Origin: Eledone cirrhosa
Taxonomy: Eukaryota
Direction of reading: 5' to 3'
NCBI GenBank assembly: GCA_964016885.1
Contig: OZ024740.1
Span: forward strand, 88,350,001-88,414,000
DNA length: 64,000 bases
Within the stretch, counting starts at the first letter, position 1; each line of letters opens with the position of its first letter. Position numbers and translations under genes: made by a program. Below, in pieces: positions 13,291 to 27,378 of the stretch. The notes under the pieces are model-generated. The model made no database searches and was not told the origin of the DNA. It was given only the letters and a program-made list of their open reading frames with translations.

Positions 13291-13597
13291 TTATATATAG
13301 GATTAGGAGAAAATTAGCGACGGATATATATAAACGTTTATATAAGTGATGTAATAAGTGTTATAATATAACGGCTGCTATCCGGAAGTGTTGACATTTG
13401 GACATTTTAAAGAAGCGAATCTTGAAATAAGCAATAAAATTATTTATATTTAACGAAGAGTTACGAAATTTAGTACTTAAATTATGTAACGCTCATTCCT
13501 TATTTATTCAAAGCAATCCAACATATTTTACAAACGGGATAAAAAACCCATATTATTTACGCAGTCCCGCACTCCTCCCTTTATTATATTACGATAT

Positions 13598-13786
13598 GGT
13601 GGAATGGCAGTATCGGTAGAGGGTCGGACGCCATGCTTTGACGTATAGAGTTACGCCCCTTGCCATTCTAAGTTCAAATCCCGCCGAGGTTAACTTTGCC
13701 TTTCATCCTTACGGGGTCAATAAAATAAAGTACCAGTAATGCACTGGTAATTGCTGGTCTTTTGCCAAAAAGTAGAAACAATTATA
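13598..13786 (+). mobile_element. tRNA-derived SINE, full length
   Basis: A-box-like tggcagtatcggtag, B-box-like gttcaaatccc, central gcctttcatccttacggggtc(g/a)ataaaataaagtaccag domain, AT-rich tail. Confidence 0.9.
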
Positions 13787-13796
13787 TTACGATAAC

Positions 13797-14493
<697 letters not shown>

Positions 14494-14498
<5 letters not shown>

Positions 14499-15203
14499 AT
14501 GCTTTGGGAGGGTCATGTTGCCAATAAGAAACACACACACCAGCTGCTTTCACTTCAATTTATTATAAGTTAAATTTATAAATTTAAGAATTTATAAATT
14601 TCCGGTTGGTTGCTTGGTTCCACAACCAGACGATTGTTCATATATTGTCAAAGTTCTATCGTCACACATTCTGTGACCTCTTCAGTGACTGGGGATTCTT
14701 TTCTTTGTTTTTGTGCCTCTCCTTTGTTCTGTCCAACGCCATCTTGTTTTTGTGTGTGTTGTGTGTTTAGTTTGCGCATGTGTTACATCCTGGTGTCTGT
14801 GTGTGTTTATATTTGTTTATTTATTTGTTTATTTACATGTTACTGGTTGGTTGTTTGTTCTATGTGTATGTGTGTTTTCATTTTGTCCTTAATTGTAAGT
14901 TTTGATGTTGCTATTCCATTCATGTTTTCTATTTAATTTTGACTGGAGTTCATTAATGTTTATTGCCTCTGTGATTTGTCTAAACATTGCGTCTTTTCTG
15001 CGTGTAGATTCTATTTTTATTTCTATGTTCTCTAATTTACCTTTATGTTCTATTTTAGCATGTTGGTGGAGTACAGATGATTCTTTACTATCTTGAAGCT
15101 CTCGCCAGTGTTCATTTAACCGTTCTCCTATACTACGCGCTGTCTCACCTATGTACACTATATTCTTATCTCTACATTGTCCTTCATTACATCTTATGCT
15201 ACA
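14494..15203 (-). mobile_element. 5'-truncated Penelope-like element (GIY-YIG C-terminus plus pLTR)
   Basis: Minus ORF YSIRC..IVYIGETARSIGERLNEH...EAINI..LNRKHEW; diverged reverse complement of 16377-17109; TA-flanked. Confidence 0.9.
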
Positions 15204-15216
15204 TATATATATAAAA

Positions 15217-15267
<51 letters not shown>

Positions 15268-15425
15268 TACTTTGGGAGGGTCATGTTGCCAATAAGAAAC
15301 ACACGCACCAGTTGCTTTCACTTCAATTTATTATATATTTATAAATTTATAAATTTACAAATCTACAAACTTATAAATTTCTGGTTGGTTGGTTGGTTGG
15401 TTCCACAACCAGATAGTTGTTTATA

Positions 15426-16688
15426 GGAAGGAGCAGCCATTGGTGTTAGCATTGCAGGCGACATAGCTAACTTATTCATGGTATGGTGGGACAGTAGACT
15501 TAAACAAAAACTTAAAGAACAATTAGAAGACAGCTTAACCCTGATAATGTACTCCCGCTACGTAGATGATATAAACATCGTAGTTAAGACACCCCCACTA
15601 AAGAACAGTCAGGAACTAGAGAAAAACACAATGGAAAGCATCCAGCAAATAGCAAACTCCATCCACCAGAGCATTAGAGTTACTATAGACTACCCAAGTA
15701 GATACCCCAACCATCGATTACCTGTACTAGACACAGAGCTCTGGTTAGATACCATTAACAACCAAAAACAAATCCTCCATTCCCATTATGCCAAACCCAT
15801 GACTTCCAAACATCTGATCCACCGAAACTCGGCCATTTCGGACCATACCAAAATCAACATACTGATTGCGGATTTGGTACGGGTGATGAGAAATGTGTCC
15901 CGCATGTGCAACCCCGAAGAACTAGAGAGACACATACAACACTTCATCCACTGTATGCAGTTCTCTGGCTACAATCAGAGAGATAGAATCAGAGTGTATA
16001 GAGGAGCCAGAACCAAATGGGAAAAAATGGTAAATAATGACATAAATGGGACCTGCCCCTTGTATAGGAGCAAATTTTGGAATAGAATAGAAAGAACTAG
16101 GAACAAGGCCAATAGAATAAACTCATGGTATGATAGCAATAAATACCAGAGTGTAATGTTCATCAATACAACCCCTAGAGGCGAACTAGCTACAAATTTA
16201 GAAGGGCCCTAAATAAACATAAACTCAATATTAAGATAGTAGAAAGACCAGGTACCTCCGTAAAAACACTTATTAGCAAGACATACCCGTTCCAAAGACC
16301 CTCATGTATAGATAAGAAATGTATAACCTGTAAAATAAGCCCCCATATTAACTGTAAAACTAGAAATGTAGTGTATAGCATAAGATGTACTGAAGGACAA
16401 TGTAGAAACAAAAATATAGTGTACATAGGTGAGACAGCTCGTAGTATAGGGGAACGAATAAATGAACACTGGCGAGACCTTCAAGATAATAAAGAATCAT
16501 CTGTGCTCTACCAACATGCTAAGATAGAACACAGGGGTACATTAGAGAACATAGAAATAAAAATAGAATCCACACACAGAAAAGATGCAATGTTTAGGCA
16601 AATTACAGAGGCAGTAAGCATAAAAGAATTACAACCAAAATTAAATAGAACATATGAGTGGAACAGCAACATCACAACTTACAATTAA
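15426..16688 (+). pseudogene. PLE RT C-terminus/thumb, Cys-rich linker and GIY-YIG endonuclease; one frameshift near 16195
   Basis: GAAIGVSIAGDIANLFM, RYVDD, LPVLD, HYAKP; linker CIDKKCITCKISPHINC; VVYSIRC...YIGETARS. Confidence 0.92.
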
Positions 16689-16901
16689 GGACAAAATGAA
16701 AACACACACACACATAGAACAAACAACCAACCAACAATAAATAAATAAATAAATAAATAAACAAATAGATAAATGAACACAAACACACACAGACACCCGG
16801 ATGTGGCGCATGCGCAAACTGAGCACACAACACACACACAGAAACAAAATAGCGTAGGATAGAAGAAAAGAAAGGCACAGAAACAAAGAAAGGCATCCCC
16901 A

Positions 16902-16944
16902 GTCACTGAAGAGGTCACAGAGTGTGTGACGAAAGGACTATGCC
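16902..16944 (+). ncRNA. Minimal type I hammerhead motif in PLE pLTR (paralogue 14647-14689, minus strand)
   Basis: gtca-CTGAAGA-g gtcaca gagtg tgtgac-GAAA-ggac-TA-tgcc; the paralogue has intact stem I (gtca/tgac) but GATA instead of GAAA. Confidence 0.72.
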
Positions 16945-17171
16945 TATATATAAACAACTATCTGGTTGTGGAACCAACCAACCAACCAACCAGAAATTTA
17001 TAAGTTTGTAGATTTGTAAATTTATAAATTTATAAATATATAATAAATTGAAGTGAAAGCAACTGGTGCGTGTGTTTCTTATTGGCAACATGACCCTCCC
17101 AAAGTATAACAATATCGGTTTCAACACACGATTTCAGATAAAGAATCTTGGTAAACAAATTCAGAAACGAA

Positions 17172-17207
<36 letters not shown>

Positions 17208-17408
17208 GAAAACAGGGAGAAAGAGACGATTATGAGGAAGAAAAATATATTTATTTCCTTTTTTTTGTGTCTCTCTCTCTCTTTTTTCTGGGTTAGAAAA
17301 TGATTAAAACGAAATGTTTTACTTTGTGTGAAGTGTTAAGGTATTAGTTGATTTATTTATTATTTAACAATGGCATTTATTTATCTATTTATATATTTAA
17401 TTATTGTT

Positions 17409-17461
<53 letters not shown>

Positions 17462-18140
17462 CAGTTCTGGTATCTCAAATTAACACAATAGAACAACCAC
17501 TATTATTGACACCATATATATTTCCGTGGGTACCTAGTACCTACTGGGATATCTATATCAATTATCTAATTCTCCTTAATGTAGAGAAAAAATATGCTGT
17601 ATCATGCTGCTATTTCTAGCAGCATGAAATATCAGCGAGTCTATAATTCCCGCTTTTTCTAACGGTCCAATAAGTGTGTGGGTCATTTTAACGGCTTGAT
17701 TCATTCACTGGGCAGCGGTTGATATATCTACATCTATACGGACTTATGTCTAGTAGATCTGGAAAAGCTATCTGAAGAGTTATATCTTTCCATTGGAAAT
17801 TCTCTGAATTTCCAATATTTTGATAAGCGAAACCGCCGGTCATAGCACTGGAAGAGATAAATATTTAAATCGTATTTTAATTTATTTAAAAGATTGTTTA
17901 ATGTTTACTTGTTCCGCTCATATTCATATATATATATATAAATATATATATATATAATATATAAGATCAAAAGATGGTTAAACGAGTTCCATGTATTTTA
18001 TTATGCGCATTTCAAAAACAAATATCATCATGCGATAACATTTGCGTTTTCGTCAGATAAAATATGAAGGTTAAAAAACACTTGTGAATAGTGCAGTTTT
18101 AAATCAACATACGAAAAGTAATTTTAGATTGGTGTGTGAT

Positions 18141-18350
18141 ATTGGGAAAAAATTGAGAGGGCTGGTTAGGAACCAGATGGACCATAACGCACCAGAGTAC
18201 TCAATACTTATGGTAGTAGAGTGGGTAGTAGGAAAAAGTTAAACCCCGACGGCATGAGCTCAAGCCGTTTCGACGGGTATTTCTGAACTCCAGAAATAGC
18301 CGGAGTCCAGAAATAGTCGTCGAAACGGCTTGAGCTCTGCCGTCGGCAGC
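18141..18350 (-). mobile_element. Diverged family A fold-back copy
   Basis: Tail ggaaccagatggaccataacgcaccagagtactcaatac; arms ~18246-18290 / 18303-18346. Confidence 0.8.
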
Positions 18351-18373
18351 TCAAAATGAATATTGATAAGACT

Positions 18374-18830
18374 TCTCCTTCTTCTTCTTCTTCTTCTTCT
18401 TCTTCTTCTTCTTCTTCTTCTTCTTCTTCTTGGAAGGGAGGCAGATTTCTCAAGTACCCCTTCCAGTGGGTCCTGTCAGAAGCAACCCTCCCCAGATTAT
18501 CCAGCGAGACCAAATGACCTTGTGAATGTATTGCGAACATCGTGCCCGTGGTCAAGCTCGGTGTTGGCTTTCCCCGTAGAATCTGTTCAGCGATTCTTAC
18601 CTAGATATTCTAATCACATGTCCGTAGTATGGGAGCTGCGATTTCTCGATGCGGAAAATAGAGGCTCTACATTTAGCAACCCCCTGATCTCCGAGATATG
18701 CATTTTAACGTGTAAGGTTACTTCAGAGACCTTTCGGAGGAAACCCATTTCGGCCGCTTGTATTCGAAAATGTATACTTTCGGTCACTACTGAAAATTCA
18801 TGCGTATAAGGCACTTTCTTAGAGGAATTT
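18374..18830 (-). mobile_element. RTE-clade LINE 3' fragment with (GAA)n tail
   Basis: RIQAAEMGFLRKV..TL...ISEIR..LNVEPL C-terminal RTE motif; (TTC)n at 18374-18431. Confidence 0.82.
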
Positions 18831-18899
18831 GAAATGTTGACGGAAGCAAAACGGAACCAGGCAAAGTCGGTTGGTTTGCAGCTTGGCATTGTCGCTTTA

Positions 18900-19372
18900 A
18901 CTGAGCTACATTTCTGTGCCAAGAAGAGACCGAGGCTGGGCGCCTGGCGTCTGAAATGTAGCTAGGCTCTCATTACCCTCTACGAGGTGGGCAATAGAAA
19001 TTCCTTCTCGAGTTCTACAGAGGATTAGTGGTTGGAATGTGCGACAACGCTCACATAGAGTCTCTGGGCGTCGACGAATTCAAACTGACCAGTCTGTTAC
19101 GGAGGAGCTACGAGCCGGGGACTATGGATAATTTCCAGAAGTCTCTCGCTTGGCAGGGCTACCGGGCGATTGGAGCACTGCCGATTCGAGATAAACACTA
19201 CAGGCTCGAAGGTGCTGTCAGACGGACCTGTCACAGATGCGCGCAAAGCAACGAAACCATTCTACACGCACTCATCCAATGTACATCCTTTACTGACTTA
19301 TGGAGTTACGTTGAACAGGTGTTATCGCATGTGGGACGGGTCCGGCTATCGACCATGTCCATTGTGAAGTTT
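18900..19372 (+). mobile_element. Tx1/L1-clade ORF2 C-terminal fragment (zf-RVT region)
   Basis: PGTMDNFQKSLAWQ.YR..LPIRDK..CHRC...ETILHALIQC is homologous to 40900-41200 (minus) and 36160-36270 (minus). Confidence 0.85.
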
Positions 19373-19409
19373 CCTATTAGAATATATTATTCATTCGTAA
19401 CTACATCTA

Positions 19410-19550
19410 ATAATAGTTTCTATTTTAGGCACAAAGCCAGCAATTACCTAGTACATTACTGGTATTTTATTTTATCGACCCCGTAAGGATGAAAGGCAAA
19501 GTTAACCTCGGCGGGATTTGAACTTAGATCATAAAGGGACGTAACTCTAT
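19410..19550 (-). mobile_element. tRNA-derived SINE, partial
   Basis: Matches the SINE consensus in reverse. Confidence 0.82.
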
Positions 19551-19559
19551 TTAATAATG

Positions 19560-21165
19560 CAGTGACTTCATCGAGGAAAGATCTGTATTCGGTGTCTGTT
19601 TGGGGAACAAACTTGCTCCACCTACAGAGACCTTTTTTCAGCTTAAGCGTCAAGAGACAAATTCTTCCCAACTATAGGATCCAGTTCATAACACATTCTG
19701 ACAGCTGAGGGTCTGTAAGTATCACCACACCTGCCTGTGCAGACTTTTCTGGATCCACACCTAAAGAGTGATGTTTCCATCATCCATCTTAATCTATAAC
19801 TTCGTTGTAGAAATCCCGATTATATTTATATAGTAGCATCTGACCTCCTCTACTAGTTCCTGCTCCTTGATTAGTGTCTCTGATTTCTTCGATTCAGTAC
19901 TGCATGTTCGCGTTAAGAGAAGAGCTGAGCTGCCAACTGATACTCATCTAGATATCTGCAGTTTCCGACTATCTAAAGGCAAGACAGGTCCATCTCGGCC
20001 TATATGATAATATGGGAAACACTGGCAGATAAGTCATAAATAGGTTTGTGGATGCTATTGTATCTAAACTCAGAGCAATCTGAGGGCGTTGAAATGGAAT
20101 GGAGACTATTCAGCTTGGCTGTTTCTGCTTCAGCTGTTAAATGCTGTTTCTGAACGCTGGTTGTGTGGTGCCAGGTAGCAGGTGCAATCAAATGGTCAAA
20201 GATTCCATCTGAGCGCAGGAGATGTAGAAAGCTTGGCTTGGAAATAAACTCCGCTTCTTGCTCCTGCGATACAAGCAGGTACAAAAAGTCGAGAGACAGT
20301 AAAGCTTTCCAAAGTTAAATACCATTCAATGAAGGCGTCTGATTCCGACAAGGGTACGTTCTGTTACCTCTTCTATTCATAATCTTCGTGAACAGTATTC
20401 ATGAACGGTGATTTCTGACATAAGCTTGAGAGGTTTGCTAGCGAGTTCAGCCCGACAGGAATGAAAATCAATGCTGCGAAGAGTGAGGCACTTATCATGT
20501 CAAGCAAGACTGCGGAGGACATTGTACATGTGAATGGCCTTCCACTGAAGCAAGTAGAAAAGGTCAATTATCTCGAGGCCGTGTTCACGAGTGATGGGAG
20601 CTAGGAGGCTGAATTAAGTGCAAGAATTACAGGAGCACTTCCAGTAATTCAGAGCCATCTGTCACGAAAAGAAGGGAGGTAGGTGTAGAAGCCAAGCTCA
20701 TTATCTTCAATTCGGTATTCGTGCCAACACTTACATATGGTCATGAATATTGTGTATTGACCGAAAGATAACAATTTCGAATACAAACAACCGGCATGGC
20801 GTTCTACCGGATGGTCTTTGGGGTAACGTTACTCGATAGAGTTTAAAGCTCGGAGATGAGAAAGCCCCCCTGATAAAGCCGCTCCTCCAATTTGAGAGAG
20901 CTCAGCTCTGATATAATGTACATTTGGGTAGAGGAGCTCAGGGAAAGAACGCTGGACCGATTTTACGGATAAAACCAGCCGACAGGAGACCCTAGGGTAG
21001 ACCCTAAGCAAGATGGTTAGACAATATCAATGAATTCAGCTTGTCCCGCTTGGGGATCTAGCCGTATCAATTGGAGACGTTTGTTTCTGACAATGAACCG
21101 CTAGAATGTGTAATTGAGGACTCTGCACCCACGACCCTCCCAGGAATAAGTGGAAGCAAAAAAGA
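19560..21165 (+). mobile_element. Heavily decayed RTE-clade LINE
   Basis: Residual motifs RQG..L.PLLFI, LKQVEK..YL, IQ....F.R.VFGVTLLDRV; 3' end caggaataagtgg shared with 23680. Confidence 0.72.
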
Positions 21166-22840
21166 ATACTATTATTATTATTTTAGATGGTGGTCGCGGT
21201 GGCAGGTTAGAGCATCGGAAACTATTTTGCGATATTATTTCCCGCTCTTTACGATCCGATTTCAAATCCCGATGGGACAAATTTGCCTTTCATTCTGCCA
21301 GTATCGTTAAAATATACTTGGCCAGTATAATTGGCTCTTCGACTGTTTACATCTCTCAATCTGGAGAATGTGTTCCTCTGCTTGAAATTATTATTCTTAT
21401 TAATATTATTATTCCTATTATCATCACTGCTGTTAAGATTAATTAATTGATTCATATTTAATCAAACATCTATTCTTAATTAATTATTTATTCTAGTTAT
21501 TGCTACAATTTAGCACATCTCCTAATTAAACATCGTTCGCACATCTTTAATAATTCTTTTTCATCAACTTCTCTTTCCATCTCGCCTACATTGCCAATAT
21601 TCTGGTCAACTACTGGGATCATTTGTCCACATTATCACTTCTTCTTCATTGTTTTACCATTCTCTTCTCCCCCTCGTTTTAGCTTGCTTTTTTCCCGTGT
21701 ATGAATATATTAACATTTCTCACAGCTCTCCCCTCACATCTTCTTCACACTTCTTAGTTATTTTTCTCCCCCACCCGTATTCTACGCCTATTTGTTCTTC
21801 AATCTATAAACTCTTTAATATGCGCTTTTAATGATACATATGTTATTGGTTTCTAACAATATTTTTCTTTCTCTGTAAATTTACTTTTTCTCACTCTCTT
21901 GTTCTTTACTCATTCTTAAATTAACTGTAACCTCATCTAAATATTTCATGGAATTATTTCTTTATTGCTACGCTCTTAGGTTTTATTTCCCATGCCCTCC
22001 CCAGGTTAGCTCAATTAGCTTTTGAATTATAATTTCTATTACTATTATTTGTTTTTTCTTAAATCGATCATACTCCTTCCAAAACACTTTATCATTTAGA
22101 ACTTATACTACGCAATAACTATTAAAGATAAGACCAAGAATTCGTATTCAATTAACCTGAACCTTGCCCTCAAACCTGTCATACATAACGTCGCTAAAAT
22201 AAAAAAAAAACATAAACATAAACCTCCTTTAATCTAAACCTAATACATCCTCTGATGATGCTCAATGTCAAATCAAGGGCATCCTTCCCAATTTGATATC
22301 CTGGAAAGTTCCAACAGGAAGGATTATAGCGGCATGACATAGGACTTTCTCAAAATCAGATCTTACACCTTCTGAATAAAGAACAAAAACTTTACGAACT
22401 GCTTTCTTAACGCATTCATAAAATCTTTAGAACATACAAATCTTTTAAACACATAAACTACCCTAGCCGCTAATGAGTGCTTTTTATTACCTTGTCTGCT
22501 CTTTGAATACATGGTCCCCCAGTCATAGGAGTGCCTTAGTGACTTGCGGCGTTTATAGGGCATTTGAAAGCTTGGCGTACCCCATCTCTCCAGGTCTGAA
22601 CGCAGCATATTTCTTCCAGGGAAGGATAGAGAGTGAGAGAAAGGACATGAGAAAGAGAAACAAAGGAAGAAATGTTCCCACTACTAGACTGGTACATCTT
22701 TCATCGACCTCGAAAAGGTGAAAGGCAAATATGGCCTCGGTGGGATTTGAAATAAGAAGCAAAGAGCCGTTCTAACGGCTCTTCTCATTCACCGCCTTAT
22801 TGCCCTAGCTTTAATATATATTTAATCATTGTCTACTATT

Positions 22841-23705
22841 TGAACACGGTCCCAAGGTACGTGAACTTCTTTACCTGCTTCAGTGGAACTCCATTCAGAT
22901 GTAGCGTGCACTGCGCAGACTTCCTTGAGAGGACGAGTGTCTCAGTTTTCGCAGCTCTGATTTTCATTCCAGCAATGCAGCACTGGGCGCAAATCTGTCA
23001 AATGCAAGTCAAAGATATTCTTCTGTCGTCTGCAAATTCCAGTCGACTAGTTTTACACCCGCCAGTCGTGATACCACTTCCAACCCGGCTGTGCATATCA
23101 GTCCTGTTCATCTAAATAATTGTTTCTACTTTAGGCACAAGGCCAGCAAATTACCCAGTGCATTACTGGTACTTTATTTTATCGACCTCGTAAGGATGAA
23201 AGGCAAAGTCAACCTCGGCGGGATTTGAACTCAGATCGTAAGGGGACGTAATTATGCTGGAAAGCATGGCGTCCGACCCTCTACCGATACTGCCAATCCA
23301 CCGCCCTTCATCCAAATAATGAACAGCGGTCGAAATGGGGTTCCTCCGAAGGGTCTTTGGAGTGGCTTTACTCGAAAAAGTGTGTAGCTCGGAGATCAGA
23401 GAGTCACTACAGGTAGACCGCTACTTCTCCGAATTGAGAGATCACAGCTCTGGTAGTATGGACATGGGGTTAGGATGTCTCAGGAAAGAATCGCTGGACA
23501 GATTTTCGGGCGAAACCAACAGTTAGGAGACCCAGGGGTAAACCCGAGCAAGATGGTTGGATAACATCTACGAGCTTGTTTGGTCACGCTTGGGGATCCA
23601 GCCGTATCAGTTGGAGACGGTTGTTTCTGACTGGCCCGTTGTAGGAAATGTTTGAGGAGTCTGCCCCACCACCCTCTCAGGAATAAGTGGGTGAAGAAAA
23701 GAAGA
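22841..23705 (+). mobile_element. RTE 3' fragment (23316-23705, plus) with inverted upstream piece (22841-23113, minus), split by a SINE
   Basis: EMGFLRRVFGVALLEKVCSSEIRESL; 22841-22980 is reverse-homologous to 20450-20587. Confidence 0.75.
23117..23306 (-). mobile_element. Full-length SINE with target-site duplication
   Basis: Flanked by ttcatctaaataat / ttcatccaaataat. Confidence 0.9.
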
Positions 23706-24671
23706 TTGTCTGCTATTTATCATGTATTTATTACATTTTAAACTAATTTTCCAACTTCATACAGATCAAATCTCAATCTACAATATTATACATTATTTCT
23801 TTATTCTTATATATTCTGATCTTAGTATTCTCCTTTAATTGTAACTTAATATTTACCTTCTATTCTCTATTATCTATAACCATCATTTTTGTTTCCATTT
23901 TTAATAATGACCTTTTATTAGCACATACTCCCCCAATATACTCCCTATATTTCACTTTATAATCACCACTATTTATACTATTTGACAATGTATCACTTAT
24001 ATAATCCTTTCGCCATTTAAACCAACATACATACTTTAAAACCCTAAATCTTTAGATGATCAGTTCAGGCACCATTACTCAAATTAAAAATTTATTGATT
24101 TAATTAGTTAATGATTTAATTAGTTAATGGATAATCCTGTTATCTTCATCTATCATTTTTACGTTTAATTTTTTTTAGCAAATTAAAAATTCTTCATATT
24201 GTTTCTATTTGCTCTTTCAAGAACAGCAAACTCAGTGCTAAAAATGTCACAGATTTCGATTTGTTTATTACATCATTTTCTCTACTTATCTTATCTTATT
24301 TATTTATCTATTTATTTATTTATTTATTTATTTATTTATTCATGACTATTTCTTGAAGATAAGATTAATAATAAATATTCACTACCGAATTTCAATTATA
24401 CTCATATTGCAATTATCATTAATTCAGATTTTACGTTGTATTACCTTCTTTTCAATAATATTAAAATAATCTTTTGATGCCGTCTTTTCTATTTTTGGTG
24501 AGACCATCTGTAGAAATCCTACCCTAAAACCTGTAATGTAAAGGTCAGTCATAAAAGAACAGATAAATCTATCCAAATATATCTCAGCGTTTAAATATAT
24601 GTATATTATGTTACTCAATTACGTAATTATTTTCCTATCTATCAAGTTATCCATCTATCTATATATTTATA

Positions 24672-24847
24672 CGCGGAGGTGCTGAACAGTTCCTGGCTCT
24701 AAGGATATTGATAAAGGGTACAGGGGAGGTAGGACTGCTGCAATAAATATGTGAATCTGAGAGGGGAATATACTGAATAAAATCATAAATAACTGACCCG
24801 CTGTATTTTCTTTTACTCAAAGCCTGAAACGTTTCAGCCCCATCTCG
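24672..24847. mobile_element. Decayed mariner-like MITE
   Basis: cgcggaggtgctgaacagttcctggct versus rc cgagatggggctgaaacgtttcaggct; TA near both ends. Confidence 0.55.
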
Positions 24848-24959
24848 AGTATCATTGATACACTTATATAAATGTTTATTGTTCCATAAATATACACTTA
24901 GTCCCTACCTGACCAATATTTAAGCGTAAATTACCTACCTATTGGTACATTACTGACAT

Positions 24960-25148
24960 TGTGGATTGGCAGTATCGGTAGAGGGTCGGACGCTATGCTT
25001 TGACGCATAGAGTTACGGCCCTTGCCATTCTGAGTTCAAATCCCGCCGAGGTTAACTTTGCCTTTCATCCTTACGGGGTCGATAAAATAAAGTACCAGTA
25101 ATACACTGGGTATTTGCTGGCCTTGTGCCAACAGTAGAAACAATTATT
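24960..25148 (+). mobile_element. tRNA-derived SINE
   Basis: Consensus match across head, central domain and tail. Confidence 0.9.
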
Positions 25149-26847
25149 GTGTTGGTGATGTAACATAACAAACAACCACAATAGCTGACTTAGCCACTGA
25201 ATGAACCAAGTACTGGAGTTGTTTGACGTTTACAACCTAATTGGCTTCGTAATATAATCGGCATGCACTATCTTTTTTATTTAATTATTTCATTTTTTCT
25301 ATATTTTTTTCTTTACTATCTGCATGAAAGTAAACCCGCTTCACACAAACCCCGGATTCTAACTTCTCGCATTCAGTCAATCAAGATATCAGTCCCAAGA
25401 CTGCGCACTATTTCTCCAGCCAAAACTCACTTGATAAAGAATAGTAATAACTAAGAAATAACTTCAGTTTAGTCATTCTGAATCAAATTCTTAGAGAAGG
25501 AAGGAAATATTTAATCGTGTAAGAATTATTCATTTAATAAATGAAAATAGATTTGTTCGTTCTTTCTTCCCTTAAAATGTCGTACTTCCGTTCCAAACAA
25601 AATCATTAATTATACATAGATATTATTATAGGATAGAATGTCTGATGGTTATCTGCGAACCCTTTCAATAGCAAAATGAGAAAATAATCTTATTGTTGTG
25701 TTAAATTCAACCAAGTCAATCATTTTTAGTGGGTGGAGTTTTTACGATGATTGACAGATGTGTGGATATAAATTGGAGAAGTGAAAGGGAAAGCAACAGT
25801 GAAATCAAAGTAAATATCGCAATCAGAAGAATAAAATAAAATTAGAACTGACAAGTGGCCAGTGTATGGTGTGATAAGAAAGTCATATTGGTGTTGCTAA
25901 AGGTTATTTTTGTGGAAGTAGACGTGGAGTGTAAGCTAGTGCTTTCTTAGCTCATCCCTTATCAAAATTGTATTTAATGAGTCTGTGGTGCTGTTAAAAC
26001 GGAGTATTAATGTAGTTTATCTCCCTTTGGCTTGTGTCTGTGGCTATACGTTGGTTCTGGTTGTTGGCTTTGGTTCAACCGTTATTGTCTGCTGATTAAT
26101 ATTGGGGTACAATTATATGTACATGTATGTGTTTGTGGGTGTTACGTGGTGTAAGTGTTGTGTCGGTGATGTATAATGGGATATTTATCTGTGTTGGAAG
26201 AGTATTTATATGTGGGTTATTGGATCGTTACTGTGGGCATATGGTGTATGCATCTGGTTGTGCATCATTTCGTTAGCTCATTAAGATGGATGTAAATATC
26301 GGTGTCTAGTTTTGCAGTATCAATATATTTACCAATATGAATGTACTTCTCTACAGAAATGTTTTTGGAACATTGGTTTATTAGTGTATTACTAGAGCGT
26401 ATGTGTTCTTTCTTGTGGACAGGGTTTATTGTAGTAGGGTGATTTTCATTTAGGCAGCGTTCATGATGTAATGTATAAATTTAGTACGCCGAGGGTTCAT
26501 GCGGCATGGGCTATTAGTTTTTGGTGTATAGAGTTTAAATATGTGTGAGTTTATGGGTGTAAGTATGTGTGTGTGTGCATAATAGTAACAAAGTACGGGC
26601 TTCTGCTTCAGTTATTGCCTAAATATACCCATCATAAACGACAATTAAATGAAAGTCCTTCTACTATAACAAAAAACCTACACACACACACACACGATCA
26701 CACACACGCACACACACTCGAATATACACACTAAGAAAGATGTACAAGCACACTCACACAGACATTTACACACATATGACAACATAATATATATATATAC
26801 AGACAGACACAGACATTCACACTCAGACACACACTCACACACACGCG

Positions 26848-26910
<63 letters not shown>

Positions 26911-26912
<2 letters not shown>

Positions 26913-27242
26913 CCTCCTGTGTGTGGTCTTGTTGTGCTGAAGGGGATTATGTGTTCCGTAAATCAGAGAGAGTGTTACCGTCTGGAGCTTTGCTCATGGT
27001 TGGGCCAGACTAGGTGGGTCGGTCTCCCGGGAAGCTTCCAGACCAACATTGACCCACGGGATGTGGCTCGCCACCAAGATGGCAGCCCCATCATCCGACT
27101 ATTCTTCGGAGGGTCTACAATCCACCCATTAGAACCATCATCCTGTTACGAAACAGCATCGGCTCTATGCACAGTGATGCTTCTGGGATCGCTGGCTTAG
27201 TATTACACCGGCCTCATCGAGCAAGAGCAAGAAGAAGAAGAA
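26911..27242 (+). mobile_element. Probable short LINE 3' end with (GAA)n tail inside a microsatellite
   Basis: GC-richer block between (TA)n and (CA)n ending gagcaagagcaagaagaagaagaa; family not identified. Confidence 0.4.
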
Positions 27243-27281
27243 TACACACACACACACACACACACATTTATATGTATATAC

Positions 27282-27378
<97 letters not shown>

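Larger units (their letters stand above)
15263..17170 (+). mobile_element. Penelope-like element, 5'-truncated, with inverted 5' pLTR
   Basis: 15263-15425 is the reverse complement of ~16947-17109 and joins directly to RT sequence; 3' tail 17110-17170; (TA)n on both sides. Confidence 0.93.

Noticed and set aside
13598-13690. tRNA gene candidates at SINE heads (also 24960, 37389, 47622)
   Set aside because: A/B-box-like motifs continue into SINE body or lack a cloverleaf.
25860-26480. Possible old PLE coding remnant on the minus strand (similarly 60220-60560)
   Set aside because: No diagnostic motif survives.
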